DNA of 64,000 nt, taken from assembly GCF_964355755.1 (NCBI RefSeq), contig NC_092680.1:16377045-16441044 (forward strand), written 5' to 3'. Numbering within the stretch: position 1 is the stretch's first letter; each line of letters begins with the position of its first letter. Shown here one piece after another: positions 37,501 to 48,500 of this stretch. This DNA is from Antedon mediterranea. Its lineage: Eukaryota; Animalia; Echinodermata. The translations under genes and the position numbers were made by a program. Below the pieces are notes generated by a model, which saw only the letters and a program-made list of their open reading frames with translations, had not been told where the DNA came from and ran no database searches.

Positions 37501-38674
37501 ACTATTACGTATGTAGGTAAAATTAAACATCACGTACGTACGTAATAATAATAATATGTACGTACGTGTTATTTAATAATTACGTACGTGTTAATATTAC
37601 GTACGTAATAATACAATAATAATGCGTACGTACGCATTATTATTACGTAAGTACGTACTACGTACGTATTAAAAATATTACGTACGTACGTAATGATAAT
37701 ACGTACGTACGTGTTTTTTAATACCTACGTACGTATTGATTATTACATACGTACGTAATATAACACGTACGTACGTATTAAAAATAAAATGTACGTTCGT
37801 GATATTAATCTTATTTTATTATTGTTATGTCCTCTCTAAAGATTGGTTCCCACTAGAACGTGACGCAATGACGTAAACGCAACGCAAGCGTTTTAACCAA
37901 TGACAAGCGAAGTTATAGACAGTCAATCACAAGCGAGTAAGCCTTCGCGTGACTTTATTAGAACACTTTTTTACTTCTTTGTTTTCTATATTTTTTTCGT
38001 TGATTTCTATTTTCCTTTGTAGTTTTTTGAGTATGTTCGTTGATTTTTGAAAATGGTCGTTGTTTTTTTAGTTTGTTGGTTGATTTTTGAAAACATTAGT
38101 TATTTTTTTACATAATTCTTTGTTTTAATGTTTTACTATTATGGCCCTAATGGCCGACCATACATATCCTCTGCGTCGCGTTCTCTGTTAACCAAACATT
38201 TTAAGAAGCCAACTGGCCTATCGGGTAGCAGCCACAGATAAACCATTTGATCTCCGGAGTTCAGCATCCAGTAGTTGGATTTCTATGCCTAGGAATACGG
38301 TACCGTATCTTTAGTTTGGTTGCTGTGCTAGGGTATGGTAAATCGGTAATGCTAGCTTGTCTTAAAACATCACTATGCGAATGAGTTAGTTCTGTCTAAC
38401 CCTTGTCCTCAAGAAAAAACTTTTTTTTAAAGGATTCCTGTCCAAAAATGAAACTTACAAGTCCATAACCACATCAACACTACTACGCCAACTGAGTATG
38501 TGATTGTATGGGGATGGAGGCGACTTGGTGTCATTTATACCAGCCAACCTTTAGCAGTCAGAAATAAAGATGTGGTATGGTATATCTAGTCATAATGTTA
38601 TAAATTTACTATTAAAATACACATTTTTATGTACAGTATACCTGGCAATCTCTCCAGTTACACCGTCGTGACAT
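5459..38674 (-). CDS. TTC38: Tetratricopeptide repeat protein 38 homolog, 13 coding exons, 466 aa
   Basis: Exons 5'->3': 38642-38674 MSRRCNWRDCQ; 35388-35465 [26 protein letters not shown]; 31128-31209; 29713-29884; 23716-23889 (WEDLLVDYPTDLLALK...MRDSIARV); 23388-23463 (YLYGMHAFGLEE); 12017-12136 (NPNDCWSSHANAHCFEM); 10895-10993 (HIYWHLA); 10253-10325; 9706-9874; 7043-7199 (MGGSNAQ); 6292-6365; 5459-5552. All introns are GT-AG, phases are consistent, and the total is 1401 nt with no internal stop. Confidence 0.93.
5748..5846. repeat. Short Harbinger-like MITE family (ctatcaaac...gtgtgatgtgcccaaatatgg); other copies at ~6876-7000, ~29212-29356 and ~29587-29697
   Basis: Shared palindromic core actatcaaa/gtgtgatgt...catcacattttt in four places. 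Confidence 0.6.
7284..8345. repeat. Cluster of non-autonomous DNA-transposon ends (CGG/CCG termini) with tandem subterminal repeats
   Basis: cactccggccgc repeats at 7298-7362; ~20-bp gagccgaacgtaatggtaaa units at 7686-7952; TA|CGG at 7991 and CCG|TA at 8340-8344 enclose ctttaattgtgcga tandem units. Confidence 0.6.
8825..9003. mobile_element. PIF/Harbinger-type MITE (179 bp, palindromic)
   Basis: TIR AGCGTGGTTCCCACTAG / CTAGTGGGAACCACGCT with TAA on both sides. Related copies at ~37845-37950 and 51543-51884. Confidence 0.85.
10415..10705. mobile_element. MITE, Harbinger-like termini
   Basis: AGCCTGTTTTCAACTAG ... CTAGTGGAAAACAGGCT, in a TTAA context at both ends. Confidence 0.7.
11203..11670 (+). 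mobile_element. Solo LTR (468 bp)
   Basis: TGTAAT...GTGACA termini, perfect 5-bp TSD TTCAT (11198-11202 and 11671-11675), and a TATATAAG box at ~11387. Confidence 0.8.
12907..14485. mobile_element. Non-autonomous hAT element
   Basis: TIR CAGTGGTGGCCCCAG / CTGGCGCCACCCCTG and 8-bp TSD GATTAGGC (12899-12906, 14486-14493). Internal ~290-bp tandem duplication (12992-13275 vs 13280-13605). Confidence 0.88.
14884..16937. mobile_element. Non-autonomous Mutator-like element inserted in the THAP exon
   Basis: 9-bp TSD GAAAGATTG (14875-14883, 16938-16946). Long TIRs start with G and contain gcgaggca repeats. A further internal inverted pair lies at ~15930-16230 / 16480-16760. Confidence 0.85.
17273..18652. 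mobile_element. PIF/Harbinger non-autonomous element in the transposase intron
   Basis: TIR AGGCTGGTTTCCTGT(T/C)GACGTAAGAA at both ends, TTA TSD (17270-17272, 18653-18655). Confidence 0.88.
20593..21112 (-). pseudogene. ISL2EU accessory gene remnant: N-terminus fused to a C-terminal PHD finger, central region deleted
   Basis: MAVSTARLSL...YLIATPSPYTAENFQAYKSTEAYNQF, then in another frame MLKCDNKSCPIKWYHHSCLKLKDTYSPKIWFCPD. One in-frame stop at ~20988. Confidence 0.72.
24481..25379 (+). repeat. Two further right ends of the Kolobok-like family
   Basis: 24481-24771 matches 22873-23170; 24768-25045 matches 21776-22035; ~25067-25379 matches ~22715-23170 with deletions. Both copies end GGGACAATACAA(C/T)TTTAA. 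Confidence 0.85.
25558..28640 (+). mobile_element. EnSpm/CACTA-like non-autonomous element
   Basis: TA|CACTGTAAAAA ... TTTTTACAGTG|TA, dense ttaacac/gtgttaa subterminal repeats at both ends, and exon-like remnants at ~27810-27915 and ~28128-28290. Confidence 0.8.
26206..27111. mobile_element. MITE with ~170-bp TIRs nested in the EnSpm-like element
   Basis: GGCCGGCCGCGATTTTTTTTTTCGTACATAAGTTGGGGACCCCCTCATGAAACGTCAC... is mirrored at ~26945-27111. Confidence 0.82.
30201..30270 (-). repeat. tRNA-derived sequence (SINE head or tRNA pseudogene)
   Basis: The minus strand has an A box TGGTCTAATGG, a B box GTTCGAGTC and a stem TCTGC-ATATCAA-GCAGG. The 5' acceptor strand is lost in a (TA)n tract. 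Confidence 0.65.
30341..30717 (-). mobile_element. Penelope-like pseudo-LTR remnant with degenerate hammerhead
   Basis: ~93-bp direct repeat (30341-30433 vs 30624-30716) flanks GCA-CTGATGA-AGGGC...GCCC-GAAA-GCGC-TGC on the minus strand. Confidence 0.6.
31302..31512. repeat. Small MITE-like inverted repeat
   Basis: GGTAGGGTTTTATGATAAAA...ATCAAGTACATG is mirrored by CATGTACTTGAT...TTTTATCATAAAACCCTACC. Confidence 0.7.
32248..35373 (-). mobile_element. Internally deleted P-superfamily (THAP9-related) DNA transposon
   Basis: TIR CAAAGATCTTATGTACTAAAGATG; the right copy is split by an ~85-bp insertion. Flanks AACGTTAT / AACGTATA approximate an 8-bp TSD. Carries transposase remnants. Confidence 0.8.
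33200..35108 (-). pseudogene. P-element transposase remnant (THAP domain fused to C-terminal part)
   Basis: Exon 1 reads MYCAAINCKSNSKANTELKLYNFPKDKNR (donor ~34995). Exon 2 from ~34088 reads CAQWAQNTRRADL...LCNIHFEESQ, joined directly to TGRLNQDCIENLFSIVRGRGGHCYNP. Downstream are YVAGYVVKK...CDTC and GGLIMP, with stops and frameshifts. Confidence 0.85.
35917..37034. repeat. Foldback element with inverted arrays of a 20-bp unit (acaatcaaaggacaagtcga)
   Basis: Outer inverted repeats 35917-36055 / 36925-37034. The 20-bp units are reversed at 36058-36138 and forward at 36188-36270 and 36668-36921. Confidence 0.8.
37095..37840. repeat. Low-complexity TACGTACG palindromic array bounded by short inverted repeats
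   Basis: Many tacgtacgta/taataat units; agaggggacataataataataaa is mirrored by tttattattgttatgtcctctct. Confidence 0.75.
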
Positions 38675-39699
38675 TACTTTAGAATGAAACCTAAATAAAG
38701 AGGAAAAAAATGAAAATAGTAAAGCATATTCGGTCATCAAAGAAAAGCAATAAAAATAAGATGGAGCCCTACCAGGTATTTCAGACTAAAAAATGGTATA
38801 AAAATAACAGGAGAAATAATAGGAGAAATTAACGAGGGATATACTGTATTTTCAAGATATGAAAAGAGATAATTTACGCTATAAATTTATATTTCAAAGG
38901 CATAAAATATGATCAAGTCAAAATAATAAAAATATTAAAAATAGCATAGAATTATATTTAATTGAATATTTATTTTTTAATTTAATCGCAATTGAATAAA
39001 AATACGTTACCTTTATCTATTAATTTTGTATTATGTATGTGTTGAAATGAAATAAAAAATTAGAAAAAATGCAGAATAAATTAGGCCTAACAGTAACACA
39101 TATGGATATTAAAAAAACGCGGTAAATTAGATATAATTATCAGACAGATAGAAACCAAAGAGTGCCTCCAATCACAATTTTTAGTATAACTAATACCAGT
39201 ATTAATATAATAATAAGCATTTTTATGAAAGAAAAATAATAATCCTATTTAAAAATATGTGGAATCAAAAAGTACAAAAAGTCCGAACTAGCTGTTGACA
39301 AAAATATGAAATGACACACAGAAAAACATATAAATAGTACTTACACTCTATCAATGTAGCTTGTACCAGCAAGGTTACGATTTATGTGTAAAGGAAGACA
39401 AGGAGAAAGTTTGTAAGTAGCTATCGACAAGCATCACTTGCTACATATTAACCCTTTTATTCTCTAAAAGTTTTCTATTCAAAAACCAAAGAACAGAAAA
39501 CAATATAAAGGTATTAAAAGGCTTTGGCGTAACGGCTATGAGCTCTTTTGACAATAGAGTCTCTTATAAAATGAAAAAGGTTGGTGTTTATTGCACGTTC
39601 ACTTAAACTTTCAAATTAAAATAAGTTTTCCTCATATCATGGGAAAATAATATATTTCTCCATGCTTATATTAAAACACAGGGATATTATAATACACTA

Positions 39700-40190
39700 T
39701 ATTAACAAAATAAGTAAAGATCTAGAAAGATACAAAATAATATAAGTCTAAATACTGGAACACCAGAAACTTTACCAAGATACTTACAGTTTTCAAGTTT
39801 TACTATCAAGAAAAAATATTCTTCTCTTTAAAGCAACAGGATGATCATTTCAAATATTTTTTTTTCTTCAATAATAACTCTCATCTCAGGCTATAGAAGG
39901 CTTTGGTGATAATAGTTGAGATAGGTAATCTTGTAACTTTGTCAGTGTGAATGAATAGATATTCCAATTCTTACAACCCACAAAATGCACGAAGCTTAAC
40001 ATCTTCATCTCTCATCCTTACATACAACCGAAGAACAAATGTTGAAGAATTTTAAACCATCATCTTTAGTTGGGCTTATAATCATAGCTTCCCACAACCC
40101 AAACAAAGTTGTTGCAGTTATTAGGATTTGTTCTAGTATATGAATTTTATCAATATCCCAATGAGAATCTCATGCAAGACTAGTATTCAA
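39700..40190 (-). mobile_element. Highly degenerate L1/Tx1-like LINE 3' remnant
   Basis: The minus strand near 39930-40060 gives FKILQH...AFCGL*ELEYLFIHTDKV, resembling the C-terminal zinc-binding motif C.FC...E...HLF..C. Boundaries are approximate. Confidence 0.35.
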
Positions 40191-42570
40191 GAATAGGGTA
40201 CAGTAAGGTACAGCGTACAGTTAGAACTTTCCGTAATGAAAAATTGATTAGATGATGATAATTTGTTCTTATGCCTATTTTTTATTTTTGTTGTATATAT
40301 AAGTGTGTGTGTAGTATTCGCTGTAAACTTGTTGCACATCTCATTAAGACTGTGCCTCTGATTTAAATGAGATACAATAAAAGTTCAGTTCAGTTCAACT
40401 TAATTGTTAAAATTAAGAAGTAATGCTGGCGTCAACGAATTTAACGACCTTCACAACAAAAATATTTCTTTGTAACAAAATTTATTTTAATTAATGGGAA
40501 CGCTACAAAAATAATCATCCGCTTCATCACTACATGAATACCTAATAACCAGACAAGAACGTATCTTTGTTACGTTTTACTATCAATCGATTTTCATATC
40601 ACGCAATCCATTTTTTCAACAATATAGTAGTATAATAATAGCATTTAGAATTTTGAGGGATTAGAACAGTGTTGAATTTGAATAAATCATTGGTAATCTT
40701 CAAAGTTGTCAAAGAAACGCTCTACTACACATGAGAAATAGACGTCGGTCGATAAACTTCTGACGACGACTAAAACAACGACAATTAACCTAATGTATTC
40801 GTGATTTTATTTCATCTCTGGCTTGTTACATTACTATGACACATTATCGGACTTCCCCTCCTCTCGCAATGCAGTACAGATCTTCCCTATCTAGGCGCGT
40901 GTATGTAGCCTACTACGTCATTCACAAATTACCCACGCGTAGCAGTGTTACTAGCGCCATCACAGATTACCTCTAATGTGGATCAAGCATTCACACATGA
41001 ATTCAAAAATTCATCGACAAACAAAATATAGCCTATATTCATTACTTTTAAATATTAGGTATATTATTGCCTAGGCTAATAATCGATTTGTCCATAATTA
41101 TTGCGATATGCCAGGTTTTCCATAATCTAAGGCCAATTTTTAGGCCAAATCATAATTGTGCGTATAGTTTTGAATTTCCGATGCGTGTAGTAGCCTATTT
41201 ATCCGCAAATATTAGGCCGAATTTCTGTAGAATTTATGGACGTTCCGAAATTTGAACCGTGTTATACCGGTAGCAGAGTTCGCCCGAATCATAAAAAAAA
41301 ACCCTGGCTACGGACCTGTGAATCACCTTTTACTATGAGAATAAATTTAATTGTTAATTGAAAACCCATTGACATTTTTTTTTCTCCAACCAGGAGATTG
41401 AGCTAATTTATATTTATTTTAATATCTTTGAAATATCTAACCGGTTTAGATCGACGTATTATTAAGTGCATTTATTTTCGACTACGCGGCCAATCTCCTA
41501 CCAATGTATAGATGACGAAATATTGTGTCTACATCTATCCTATATTATAAATTGTGAGTGAGTAAATTCTTGTCATTTTATTGGAGCAGTGGCTCTTGAA
41601 ATAGAGGTCATTCAAACATTCAGATAGTGAGATATTCTGTAGACAGAAATGAAACTGGATAATCGTTTTGTTAGAGAAATGAACTGAACCATTACACTAT
41701 AGATATTTATATAACGTATCAATGAATAAAAGACCTACTCCATTGGCTTCAATGGACATATATAGAGTAAGTTTGTATCAAGAATTGTGTTGTGTCGTAA
41801 GGTTTGTAATACACTATTATTATTATACGGTGTGTTTTTTAAACGTAGATTTAGACGGGAACATATTTTAAAACAGGACTCTAGTAGTTTTGAAATATAT
41901 TATTTAGTAAAGTTTTCAACCAAAACAGAGGTCTTAAATGCATAGGTATTGTGAGCTGTTTATTAAAATGCTGATAGATCAGATAGGTATAGAAATAGAA
42001 ATTTCTTATACTTATAGGAAATATAGAAAAAATAGTAGATAGGTTTAAAACCGCAATTTATGTAAATCATAGTCTATAAATTTGTATAATTTTAACCTTA
42101 ACTTTAATACTTAGTCGGTTAGTATTGAAAATTGCATTTTTCGGTATTTTTACCATTAGATTTAAAAGTCGAGATGCCCGACCAAAATCTGATCGAGAAG
42201 CAGCCGATTTTGCAAGTTAACGGTAAGATACAATGAAAGTTTATGATGCAACTGCCTATCTAGTTTCTACTTTTGGACATCTATGTATGTGTGAAAACTA
42301 AAATTAATCAATGCTCTTTAACCACTATTTAGAGCTATTTCGAACAGTAAAAAAAAACCTTTAAATGACCTTTGAAAAGTCCACCTTTCTTGTCAATTAT
42401 ATTCATTCATTCATATCATTCGTGATTATTTTCCATAATATACAAAATAAAATAAATTGAAAACCTTGAGATTAAAATGAAATATTATATGCAAACTAAA
42501 ACAAGTTTGTTTCCAGAGCAAACTTATTACACCCAGTGTTAGTTGCTCTTTGTTTTTCTTCAATTTTTAG

Positions 42571-45500
42571 ATAATTCACCAACGTTGAAAATTCGCTATG
42601 TAATAACATTTCTATGTTTTGTTGGAAGTACTTTAATGTTTGCTGCCAGAGTGAACTGGAGTATAGCTATACTGTTTATGGCACGTCCAGAAAGTGACAT
42701 TACGAATTCCACAGATTATGTAGTAAATGAAGGCAGCAGCCAAATAGTAAGTTTCATTTTTGACACAACTATTGGATTAGGTCTATATATTTCTGTTCAT
42801 GCTATATTACGACAACTGAAGATCTGGACATTCATTTTTTACATGTTATTTAAAACAAGAAATAACATCATCTCTCGATTGGAGAAATATTAATGCTTTT
42901 AATAATACGGTGATATCAATAAGTCAGTACGCTCACTGTCTGTGTAGGCCTACAGACCAAGTTCTTTAACGTGTACTCTATGTACACGGGACAAACAGCT
43001 TATCAAACACTAAAAGTACGATTTATTATTTCCCATTGTACAGTAGGCTAAATAGTATTTCAACAGCTTTCACTTTTGTAAAGATTGTAAATAATAGAAA
43101 ATATTCACGGTAGACAGTTATTTTCTTTTTCCATATCCTACTCTAATTCTATGCTAACGCATTAAATCAGAACAAGCCTTCACTTTTGTAAAGATTGTAA
43201 ATAATAAAAAATATTCAATGTAGACAGTTCTTTTCTTTTTCCACGTAATGGCCTACTCTAATTCTATGCTAACCCATTACATTTCAGACCAATATACTAT
43301 ATCTCCAGTAAAATAAATACGTCCTTACATACGATAATAATGTTGTTGCATTGCGGGAGCTGCTGCTGCCCACCTTATTAATTTACATTCTTCAATGATA
43401 TAATTACTATAGTGTCAATTTTTAATTTGCATAATTACGGTAACGATATTTACAAACTTGTGAACCCAAAGCTGCTAATAATTATAGGAACGGTTCATTA
43501 TAAAGTTGCGGCTATAAAACAAAAAGTACTATGACACGTTCGTGTAATAGTACGTATACTGATATTGCACGCAATGTGACTAACATTCGTTCAGTCAAAT
43601 GACAGAAATGTATATTTGATGTGTTATATAAAACAAATCATCGGTGTTTAAAAGATGACCGATGTTAAAGTGACGACCTTTAGAACTTGTTCATCACAAA
43701 CTCAGTTTGTAATGTTCTATGTTTCAAAATTGTGTGTTATTAAGCCAATTTTGTATTATAAACTGTAGATTTGAGACTAAACATTAAATAAATCCCAGAA
43801 AAGATAAGTATATCTATCGCAAGAACGCACAAGCAATATTATTTAAATGAAATGTCTTTCGTTGATTAAACAGCATACTTAACCGAGTTAGTAATTTTAC
43901 AGGTATCTACGTTTGACTGGAACATGAAAACGCAACAAATCATTTTAGGTTCTTTCTACTGTGGCTATTCAGTTGGACCTATTCTTGGAGGTTGGCAAGT
44001 TGGAAGATTTGGTGGGTTTTCTATGCTCATGACTGGAATAATATTTACAACTGTTTCCATGCTAGTAACCCAGTTTGCAGCAAATATTGGCGTTGGTTTT
44101 GTAATATTCACCAGAATTATTGATGGCTTTGGACAGGTATATTATCCAACTTTATGTTTTTGAAACTTGATTTAATTAAGACATTTGTATGAAGTTCACT
44201 ATAGAATGTATTACAAAAAGTCACAATTAACGAATGTCAACGTCCTGTTATTACCCGAATGCGAAATTTAAAAATTTTGCTATTTTTCTAGGGTATTGCA
44301 TATCCAGCAAATTTAGTCTTGATTAGAAATTGGTCAAAAGCAGATGAACGTAATACGCTATTAGCTATTGCTTTTTCAGGTAATTTTTCTATTTACTTTA
44401 CGTTTCACGATCTCTTTCCTCGTGATTTGCATGTATCTGTTTAATGAATTATCGTGTTTTTTTAATCTTGGAATACAAATTTCAATTACTGTGTATTTAA
44501 AAATAAATTTGAACTTGCACTTGAAGCCACTTTTGAATGGATTGTACTACTGTATTAGTTGTTACAAAAATATGTTATTTGTATTTTAGGTAGTAGTGTA
44601 GGACCAATAATAACCTGTTATATCTCCACCTGGCTGTGTTCATCTGAGTTCATGGGCGGTTGGCCCTCCACATTTTATTTATATGGTAAGTTTGACTCTT
44701 AAACTTCTTGAAATTAAAAGAACAATTTAGAAAAAACAAAAAATATAAAAACTTCGAAATGTCATTCACTAACAATATCATGTGGAAATAACTGTACGTT
44801 TACGTCTTCAAAATCTTTAAGTTTGTACCATCCATAAATTTCGTGTTTAAACACAAGAATTGAAATAATCAGCATAATGTAGTTTAAAATGATGTAAAGA
44901 GAATGTAAAACCAGGAGACTTGATTCCTGGTTATGTGGTGGACCTACGATATGTATGTTTTTTTCTACGCTGCAATATCTGATTTCTTTCTTTTTTTATC
45001 CAAAAGTTAAAAACAAATACATAAATATAACATTATATAAAACATTTAAATAGTTGGATAAAAAGGACGAAAAGAAAAGGCAACTTCATGGCTATCTAGC
45101 TCTACTCCCTGTATAACTATAATATTTCATATTATCAAACAAATCATACTATTTTATATTTAATTACTAATAAATAATAGTATAATAGTAATAATAATTA
45201 ATAATAGATGTTTACAGGGACGTTTGGTGTTGTTTGGTGTGTCGTGTGGTGTATTGTGGGATCAAAAGCCAATATGCAGTCAAATTTACAAGTAAGACAT
45301 TATATATTATAAACTTAACAATGAAATACACAAATCCTATTGTGATACAGTAGTAGTCCAGTCAATCTATGACAAAAAAGGGCGTAACCCAAAACAAATT
45401 GCAATAGTTTCCAAACCCTTTTTATTTGATTCTATAAGCATCTGGGAAGATCATTTCCAAAATCTACCAAAATCGGTTCAGTGGAACATACTTTTTAAGG

Positions 45501-48500
45501 GGTTTTAAGGTCATAGGGGTCAAATTACACATTTTTCTATTTTGAAAACTACTAGGCGTAGCATGTTAATTTTGGTGTCAAACTATTCAGAAGACCCATA
45601 TTTATATGTACTCTAAAGAAACCTTTTTACCAAAAATTACAGGAAAGCATGTTTTTTAACTTTGACCTATTTTATTGTATATTTTCGTATATTCGTATCT
45701 TAGTAACCAGTGGGCGTAGATGAGCGTTATTTGCGTCAAACTACTCAGAAGGTCAATGTTTATATTAGTTCTAATGGAAAATATTCGTGTAAAATTACCG
45801 GAAGTCATTATTTTGACCTTTGACACATATTCATTATTTTAGATTTCTCAGTAACTACATTTTTTATATCTCAGTAACCACTAAGCACAACTTCGTCAAT
45901 TTTGTGTCAAAAAATTCAGAAGACTCATATTTATATTCACTATAGGCCTAATGAAATAGTTTTTAAAAAAATGGATAGAAACTATGTTTTTGACCTTTGA
46001 CCTATTATACCAGTATATTTGTTTATATTTACTCTAATGAAAACAAATGCAAATGTACAATATAACCGAAAATCATTATTTTGACCGTTAACATTTTCTA
46101 GTCGTGTCATGAATAAATCTCGGGTCTCGAGTATAACATTTTAAATTTGACCAAATAATAAGTGCGGCGATCTGACAGACGTTGGGCTGGAATATCAACT
46201 GATCTTGCCATAGAACAGTGTCTTATGCGTAGCATAAAAACAAGAGGAGGTCTAACAAGAGGGCGAGGATTAACAGACATTCAACGACTTGTCTGGGTCC
46301 TTTCAACTCCAGTCTGCGCCAATCAATCATTCAATGCAAGAGTTCACTAACGTGTTGTATACTACCAGTGAACAACATAAAGAAACAACATATGCCAGAA
46401 AGAGGAAGGACCTCAGTGATGTACAAGACAAATCAAGGTATCTGACACAGCGAAATCCATTTAATACAGACAGTACAAAATCACTGACAAACATTGCAAC
46501 TGGAGTTACGGCACATATCAATGTAGACTGTGACAATGCCAAGCATGTAAGGTCAAATAATTATTATTGTGCAATCAATGACAAACCAAAAGGTCGCCGA
46601 CTACACATTTCGGAAAAAGAGCCAATCCATTACAATGAACTCTAAAAGCGCATTGAAGATAAAAGATGATGTGGTCAATGTAGATCCTTTACTTCTATTT
46701 CAACGACTTGTAACTGCCGGCACAAGATGCGATAATGTATCAGATATATTTAGATTGTTTGAATCACCAGATATGATGAGGTCTGCAAATAAAGCTAGTT
46801 TAGCTGATAGTTTGTGGTCAACAGCAATCGAGGTTGCTCCAGAACCTCCTGATCAAATTCAGTACGTCTTAGATGGAGGAGCACTACTTCATAAAATTCC
46901 ATGGACAAGAGGGGCTTCAGGGGTGACATTATGAGAGTATACACAAAATATGTTTCTCACAAATATGGAAAACCCATTGTTGTTTTTGATGGGTACGATA
47001 ACTCACTAAGTACAAAAGACTGTACACATACAAGGAGAAGTGGTGGTGGTGGTGTAGCTGTACACTTTGACCAATCTATGACCTTACAAACCAAAAAAGA
47101 AGAATTTCTGTCAAACGTTCAAAACAAACAAAGATTCATTAAGATTTTGGGAAATAGTCTTGAAAAAGAAGGTTGTACTGTTCACCACGCAGAAGCTGAC
47201 GCTGACTATCTAGTGTCGAAGATGGCTCTGTCCTACGCAGAACAAATAGGCACGGTTGTCATCGCAGATGATACAGATATCCTGGTCCTCCTTATCCACC
47301 ATGGTGGTCACACCAAACATAATGTATGGTTCAAGCCAAACCAAAGGAAAGAAACTAAAAAGGTGCAACGATGTTGGAACATTGCGGCAACAAGACTTGA
47401 CCTTGGCAGTGATGTTTGTAAATATATCCTATTTTGTCACGCGTTCCTTGGATGTGACACGACATCGCGATTTTTTGGTATTGGGAAAATCAAAGCAGTA
47501 ACTAAAGTAAGAAGTGACTGTTTCTTTTCTGAACAAGCCAAAGTGTTTATGACTTGTAAGGCAAACAGACAGGAGGTAATTGCAGCGGGTAATAACGCCA
47601 TTTTGTCTTTGTATGGTAGCAGCGATAATGAAAACCTAGATGAATTGAAGTTTCGTAAATTTCATGAAAAGACTACATGCAGTACTAAAGCAGTTCATCT
47701 ACGTTCTTTACCCCCAACGGCATCAGCGGCAAAGTATCATAGTCTAAGGGTGTACCAACAAGTTCAAGTTTGGCTTGGAAATGAAGAAAATGTACCTCCA
47801 GATAAATATGGATGGAAGATCAGCCAAGGCAGAATGATACCATATTTGACGGACAACCCCCCAGCACCACAATCGCTCCTACAAATCATAAGATGCAAAT
47901 GCAAAACAGGCTGCTATAATATGAAATGCAGCTGTAGGAACAATGGATTAGATTGCTCCATGGCATGTAGTGAGTGTCGAGGTGTATGCGCAAACATTTC
48001 ACTAGATGATAATGAATATACCGATTCTGAAGATTCAACAATGGGTTTGTAAAATCAGACAATTGGTAAATATTCTCAACCAGGCCTATTTGGATATTTT
48101 TCTGTTTTGTGTGTTTTTAGAGTAAATATAAACAGAATAATGAATAGTTAAATGTTATCTTGGGTGCTGATCTATGAAGAAAAATAACACCAATATATTG
48201 CCCCAATTACTAAACGTTTTCTGGATAGACATCAAAGGTCAAAATAATTACTTTCGCATTGACTATATACACAGACATTTTTTATTAGAGTGGATATCCT
48301 TCTGAGTTGTTTGACACAAAAAATGCTCATCTAAACCCATAGTTCACAAAGATACAAATATATAAATATAATAGTTGAAAGCTTCCGGTCATTTTCTGTA
48401 AAAATAGTTTCATTAGAGTAAATAAGTATGGTTCTTCTGAATTGTTTAACACAAAAGTTATGCTTATTGGTCACCGAGATACAAAAAATAAATTTAGTGA

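Larger units (their letters stand above)
35626..38160. mobile_element. Non-autonomous TIR element with TA flanks (Tc1/mariner-like) containing nested foldback repeats
   Basis: ~200-bp imperfect TIRs TGGGTGGCCATTAGGGCCATAATAGTAAA / TTTACTATTATGGCCCTAATGGCCGACCA, with TA at 35624-35625 and 38161-38162. Confidence 0.75.

Noticed and set aside
46901-48052. Host XPG/FEN1/GEN1 DNA repair gene
   Set aside because: It is intronless, frameshifted upstream, and enclosed by TIRs with a TSD, so it is transposon-encoded.
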